NCBI GenBank assembly: GCA_046290225.1
Contig: JBKAGE010000036.1
Coordinates: 224,001-288,000, forward strand
Reading direction: 5' to 3'
Length of the DNA stretch: 64,000 nt
DNA from: Bradymonadia bacterium
GTDB taxonomy: Bacteria > Myxococcota_A > Bradymonadia > UBA7976 > UBA1532
In this document: positions 59,710-64,000 of the stretch, piece by piece
Layout: each line of letters opens with the position of its first letter
How positions within the stretch are numbered: position 1 is the stretch's first letter
Position numbers and translations under genes: made by a program
Notes under the pieces: model-generated
What the model was told of the DNA's origin: nothing
Seen by the model: the letters and a program-made list of their open reading frames with translations, nothing else
Databases searched by the model: none

Positions 59710-62271
59710 TTACTGACGGAGCAGCTCGTCGAGGTTGAACTGGCCAGCGCCGATGAAGCTGTCGCTGCCCCGGGTGTAGATGCGGGTGCGGATGTCGTCG
59801 TAATCCCAGCGGTGATCCTTCTCGATGTTGAAGTCCACCAGCAGCTCGATGTTCTCGGGCTTGGTCATCCACATCAGCGAGTAGCCGATCACGAACTCGC
59901 GGTTCTCGCCGATGCGGCTGGCCTCTTCCCGCATGTTCTCGAAGAGCGTGCCCACGATGGCGCCCTTACGCTCAGCGATGGTGGCCAGCTCGGCGTCACG
60001 GGGACGATCGGGATCGATGAGGAGCAGCTGAGCGTGGCCGCCGAGGGTGTCGCCGGCGTAGGTGAGCTCGCTGAGGCGATCGAGGCGGGTAAAGGCCTTG
60101 GCGTGCTCGTCGTACACCGTGACGATCTCGGCCATGCGCTTCTGCAGATCGCGCCAGAACGAATCGGGCACCCGATCCTCGGGATCGTACTCGTCATCGC
60201 GATCGAGGCGCATCATGGCGAGCACGTTGCTCATGGCCTCGGCGAACTCTTCGGTGCGGGCATCGCCCTGGCCGAGCATGTCGTGGAGGGCGGCGTCGGA
60301 GAAGCGCACCTGGGTGAGGAACCGGCCCTCAGGGCCGTTGGCGCTCCAGTTGTTGGCGTCGGCCTGGCCCGAGACGGCGAGCTTCACCTCGTTGAGGCGA
60401 CGGGCGATGTCGAAGCTGGAGGTGAAGGCGGGGTCGAAGCCGTCGACGAGCCACCGGGAGGAGGCGTAGTCGAAGCCCTCCCAGGCGCGGGTCACGAAGG
60501 CCTGGAACTGCGAGGTGCTGGGCAGACGCGCGTGGCACGCCTCCCACTCGTCGTCGTCGTACCCCTTGGAGTTCTCGGCGTCGTCGCCGGCACCCGGAGC
60601 ACCACCACAGTGGGTGTTGGTGAAGTCGAAGAGCCCGTTCGCCGCAGGGTTCACGTGATCGAAGAGGCCGGAGAAGCCCACGAAGTAACCCAAGAGGGGA
60701 TCGAGGTGATCGAGCATGTCGTCGCGACCGAGGTAGTCATCGGTCTCACCGAGGGTCAGGCGGGCGTTGATCTCGGCGTCGACGAGCTCACCGTCTTCGG
60801 TGATGAGCGAGGTCACCTGGCGCCACTTGGACTGCTTCTCGTTCCAGAAGAGGCCGGACTCGCGCTCCAGCTCGCTGAAGAGCAGGGTCTGGCGCTGGCC
60901 ATCGGCGTCGATGGTCACGGTGCCTGTGTTGTAGTTCTTGCTGCGGAAGAAGTTCATGCTCAAGAAACGGAACCCGAGGTAGGTGGACTCGGAGCGGGCG
61001 TCCTTGGCGAGGTCGAGCTCCTGCACCACACCGGAGCGGGGGCGGTTGGCCAGGGCCTGGGCGAGGCGGATGTCACCCTTGAGGGCCTGATGCACAGCCT
61101 GCACCACGAACTCGTCGGCCCCATCGAGGTCGACGCGGAACCGGGCCACGGTCATGCGCGTGGACTCGGAGCCGCTGCTGGCGGTGGCCGAGAACACCGC
61201 GAGGCGCTTGTTGAGCTGCTTCTCGAGGGCCTTGGTGACAATGTCTTCGAGGTCGACGTTCACCGGGCCGAGATCGATGTCGAGATCCCAGTCGGAGAAG
61301 CCCTCGACGCCCCAGCCGCTGCGCAGGGCGAGGGAGAAGTGACGCAGGCGCTGCTTGCTCAGACCGACGTCGATCCAGGCCTCGCTGCCCTCGCCGCGGA
61401 TCAGCTGCACGTCGAGATCACCGGAGAGGCTCACTCGGGCACCCGCGCTCAGGCGGGCCGACAGGGTGACGAAGTCGGCGATGGTGCCGATCATGATGGG
61501 CATGCCCACCCCGAGGTTGAACCCGAGCACACCTTCGGCCTGCAGGGCGAAGCTCTCGCCGGGCACCATGCTCTTGATGTCTTCGATGCTGCGGGGGATC
61601 ACGTAGCCGCGGGCCTGCTGAAGCACCTTGAGGGGGTTCTGCCACACCGCGTCGAGGTTGTCGTCGTGGGGGGCGATGACGATGGCGGTGACCTTGGGGC
61701 TGATGTCGAAGCCCAGGGTGCCGAGCACGTCGCCCTGCTCGATGGACCAGCTCGGGGCGTAGCGACCCTCGAGCTTGAAGGCGCTCTCGGCAAAGACCGT
61801 GTAGTCAGTGTTGGCCAGCGTGTCACGGCGGAGAGCGTTCACCCGAGTGGCGAAGGCATGCTCGCCGAGGTTGGCCGTGAGACCCGCCTGCAGATCGTTG
61901 ATGTCCTGCTGTACGGTCTCGCCGAAGAGCTCACGCTCGCCCTCACCGTAGAAGCCGGTGTCTTCGAGCTTGAGGTTCACGTAATCGGTGCCGCCGAGCA
62001 GGTCGTTGAACTGGTCGGTGGCGAGGCCGGTGCCGAGGCTCACCAGATCGTTGAGATCGAGGGAGCGCATGTCGCTGTAGTAGTCTTTGACCCGGCTCAA
62101 GAAGCCGTCACACTTGCCCGTGGGGCAGGTTCCGGTGGAGCGACCCTCCTGAGCAGAGGCTTCGGGCTCGGGGCTCACCGACTCGGTGTCGGTGGCATCT
62201 GCACAAGCGGACACTGCAGTTGCCATGGCAATCGCAGCGGCCAGCCTCTTTCCCTGGAAATATGCGCTCAT
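59710..62271 (-). CDS. Large hypothetical lipoprotein (about 853 aa)
   Basis: Lipobox VSAC after MSAYFQGKR; GKCDG motif; strong high-GC codon bias; no recognised family. Confidence 0.75.
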   Translation of the reverse strand: MSAYFQGKRLAAAIAMATAVSACADATDTESVSPEPEASAQEGRSTGTCPTGKCDGFLSRVKDYYSDMRSLDLNDLVSLGTGLATDQFNDLLGGTDYVNLKLEDTGFYGEGERELFGETVQQDINDLQAGLTANLGEHAFATRVNALRRDTLANTDYTVFAESAFKLEGRYAPSWSIEQGDVLGTLGFDISPKVTAIVIAPHDDNLDAVWQNPLKVLQQARGYVIPRSIEDIKSMVPGESFALQAEGVLGFNLGVGMPIMIGTIADFVTLSARLSAGARVSLSGDLDVQLIRGEGSEAWIDVGLSKQRLRHFSLALRSGWGVEGFSDWDLDIDLGPVNVDLEDIVTKALEKQLNKRLAVFSATASSGSESTRMTVARFRVDLDGADEFVVQAVHQALKGDIRLAQALANRPRSGVVQELDLAKDARSESTYLGFRFLSMNFFRSKNYNTGTVTIDADGQRQTLLFSELERESGLFWNEKQSKWRQVTSLITEDGELVDAEINARLTLGETDDYLGRDDMLDHLDPLLGYFVGFSGLFDHVNPAANGLFDFTNTHCGGAPGAGDDAENSKGYDDDEWEACHARLPSTSQFQAFVTRAWEGFDYASSRWLVDGFDPAFTSSFDIARRLNEVKLAVSGQADANNWSANGPEGRFLTQVRFSDAALHDMLGQGDARTEEFAEAMSNVLAMMRLDRDDEYDPEDRVPDSFWRDLQKRMAEIVTVYDEHAKAFTRLDRLSELTYAGDTLGGHAQLLLIDPDRPRDAELATIAERKGAIVGTLFENMREEASRIGENREFVIGYSLMWMTKPENIELLVDFNIEKDHRWDYDDIRTRIYTRGSDSFIGAGQFNLDELLRQ

Positions 62272-62343
62272 CGGGTCTCCCTCATCGTGCGGCCGGTGTT
62301 CGCAGGAATATATCAGCACTTTGCGTACCAAGGGAGTACCTAC

Positions 62344-62961
62344 ATGCCCCGACACAAAGAGGTGCGTTGCGACGCCTTCGGTGAAGATCCCCTCGCCCTC
62401 TTCGAGCGCTGGTTCGACGAAGCGCGCGCTGCAGGTGTGGCACAACCCGAAGCCATGACCCTGGCCACGGTAGAGCCCGACGGCAGGCCCTCGGCCCGCA
62501 TGGTCTTGATGAAGGGCATCAGTGACGCCGGTGCGGTGTTCTTCACCGATCGGGAGAGCCGAAAAGGCCGCGCCCTCGGCGCTCACCCCCGGGCAGCGCT
62601 GGTGTTCTGGTGGCCGGCGATTCAGAAGCAGGTGCGCATCGAAGGGCAGGTCAACCTGCTCGACGACGACGAGAGCACGGCGTACTTCCAGAGTCGCCCT
62701 CGAGGCAGCCAGCTCAGCGCCTGGGCCAGCGCTCAGAGCAACGTCATCGGTGGTCGGGAGGCTCTACAGGCCGCACGGGCGAACGTCGAGGCGCGCTTCG
62801 AGGGCGTCGATCCCCTGCCCCGCCCACCGCGCTGGGGTGGATACGTCGTGGCCCTCGAGCGGGTAGAGTTCTGGGTGGGGCAACCTGATCGCCTGCACGA
62901 CCGCCTGGTCTTTCATCGCAGCGGCCCAGGGCGCTACATCGCCGAGCGGCTCGCCCCCTGA
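62344..62961 (+). CDS. pdxH: Pyridoxamine 5'-phosphate oxidase
   Basis: AMTLAT, PSARMVLMK, SRKG, QVRIEG, YFQSRPRGSQLSAWAS.QS, EFW.G...RLHDR, RLAP. Confidence 0.93.
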   Translation: MPRHKEVRCDAFGEDPLALFERWFDEARAAGVAQPEAMTLATVEPDGRPSARMVLMKGISDAGAVFFTDRESRKGRALGAHPRAALVFWWPAIQKQVRIEGQVNLLDDDESTAYFQSRPRGSQLSAWASAQSNVIGGREALQAARANVEARFEGVDPLPRPPRWGGYVVALERVEFWVGQPDRLHDRLVFHRSGPGRYIAERLAP

Positions 62962-64000
62962 GCGGGCTCACCCTGCTCGGACTCGTGGCGCAAGGCCAGC
63001 TGGCCGCAAGCGCCGTCTACCCCTCGACCTCGGGGCCACCGCACCGTGACCAGCAACCCGGCCTCTTTCATGCGACGGCTCGCCGAGAGTACCTCCTCGT
63101 CTGTGGGGGCCCGAAAGGGGCTCTGGGGGAACGGGTTGAACGGGATCAAGTTCACCACGGCCTTGAGATCGGCGCCCCATCGACCCAGGGCCTCGATCTC
63201 TGCATCAGTGTCGTTCACCCCCGGGAGCACCACATACTCCAGCATCATCATGCGTGAGGCCCGCAGCGGGTAGTTCAGCAGTGCCTCTTTCAGCGTCGCC
63301 AGGGGGTAGCGTTTCGCCAGGGGGATGATCTGCTGGCGGGTCTCGTCGGTGCCCGCGTGCAGGCTGAGCGCGAGCTGCACCCGGCCCTGGAACGCTTCGG
63401 TGAGGTAGGCCATCTTCGGCACCACCCCTACTGTGGAGACGGTGATATGACGCGCTTTGAGCGAGAGCCCTGCGGGATCGAGCATCACCTGCAGCGCGTC
63501 TCTCACCGCAGGCCACGCCTGCAGCGGCTCGCCCATGCCCATAAAGACCACGTTGGTGAGCTGCCCGCCGAGCTCACGGGCTCGACGACGGGCCGCGTGC
63601 ACCTGGGCGACGATCTCCCCAGACGTGAGGTTGCGCATGAGCCCCAGCGTCGCCGTGGCGCAGAAGGTGCAGCCCATGGCGCAGCCCACCTGGCTGCTCA
63701 CGCACACGGTGAAGCGGCCGGGCTTTGTAGGGATCAACACCCCTTCGATCTGCGCCCCGTCTTCGAGGGTGAACAGCATCTTCTCCACCCCCTCCGCAGG
63801 GCCATCGGGGGTCTCGGTCGTCGAAGAGGTCTGCACCTGAGCCGGGGTGAGCACGGTCTGGCGGGTGTGGGCCTGCAGACGGCCCTGGATGCGATGCCCC
63901 AGATCAGGGATCGCCTGTAGGGGCAGGTTTCGCTTGTGCAGCCCCCCGAAGATCCTCAGTGCGTGGTGGGCTGGCACCCCCATCTGTGGCAACCGCTCGG
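62934..64000 (-). CDS. rlmN: Radical-SAM rRNA/tRNA methyltransferase RlmN (5' end beyond the window)
   Basis: CVSSQVGCAMGCTFC; MGMGEP; SLHA; VNLIPFN; GACGQL. Confidence 0.88.
   Translation of the reverse strand, partial: ERLPQMGVPAHHALRIFGGLHKRNLPLQAIPDLGHRIQGRLQAHTRQTVLTPAQVQTSSTTETPDGPAEGVEKMLFTLEDGAQIEGVLIPTKPGRFTVCVSSQVGCAMGCTFCATATLGLMRNLTSGEIVAQVHAARRRARELGGQLTNVVFMGMGEPLQAWPAVRDALQVMLDPAGLSLKARHITVSTVGVVPKMAYLTEAFQGRVQLALSLHAGTDETRQQIIPLAKRYPLATLKEALLNYPLRASRMMMLEYVVLPGVNDTDAEIEALGRWGADLKAVVNLIPFNPFPQSPFRAPTDEEVLSASRRMKEAGLLVTVRWPRGRGVDGACGQLALRHESEQGEPAQGASRSAM

Overview
This is a high-GC bacterial chromosomal segment, most likely from Myxococcota. The taxon is inferred from a MYXO-CTERM tail, Cys-rich MopE-type and TSP3 repeats, myxobacterial-style lipoproteins and myxobacterial-type LexA boxes. 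It has about 38 densely packed CDSs and no rRNA, tRNA, CRISPR array, transposase or integrase that I could recognise. Housekeeping and accessory genes include peptidases (M14, C45, S46), a NUDIX hydrolase, a MazG-like protein, an Atl-type alkyltransferase-like protein, pdxH, rlmN, a salicylyl-CoA hydroxylase and an SGNH/MBOAT pair. Three things stand out. (1) Two giant secreted paralogues (about 3100 and 2588 aa) share an N-terminal QW-repeat alpha/alpha domain and a modular Cys-stapled PKD stalk but end in unrelated tips: TSP3 repeats plus a long left-handed beta-helix in one, a helical Cys-rich domain in the other. An orphan, diverged copy of the second tip sits just upstream of its gene, and a lone Tad/CpaF ATPase sits upstream of the first. 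Together this looks like a polymorphic-tip adhesin or effector system. (2) Two Myxococcus-type LexA boxes, each in the spacer of a sigma70-like promoter, lie upstream of a stand-alone phage Sak4-like ATPase with an SSB-like acidic ...LPF tail and of a DUF4259 gene. Both are candidate new SOS regulon members. (3) A ZraP/ZraSR-like module has a readable sigma54 promoter, an IHF-like site and paired enhancer palindromes. All family calls come from reading motifs by eye; no database searches were run.
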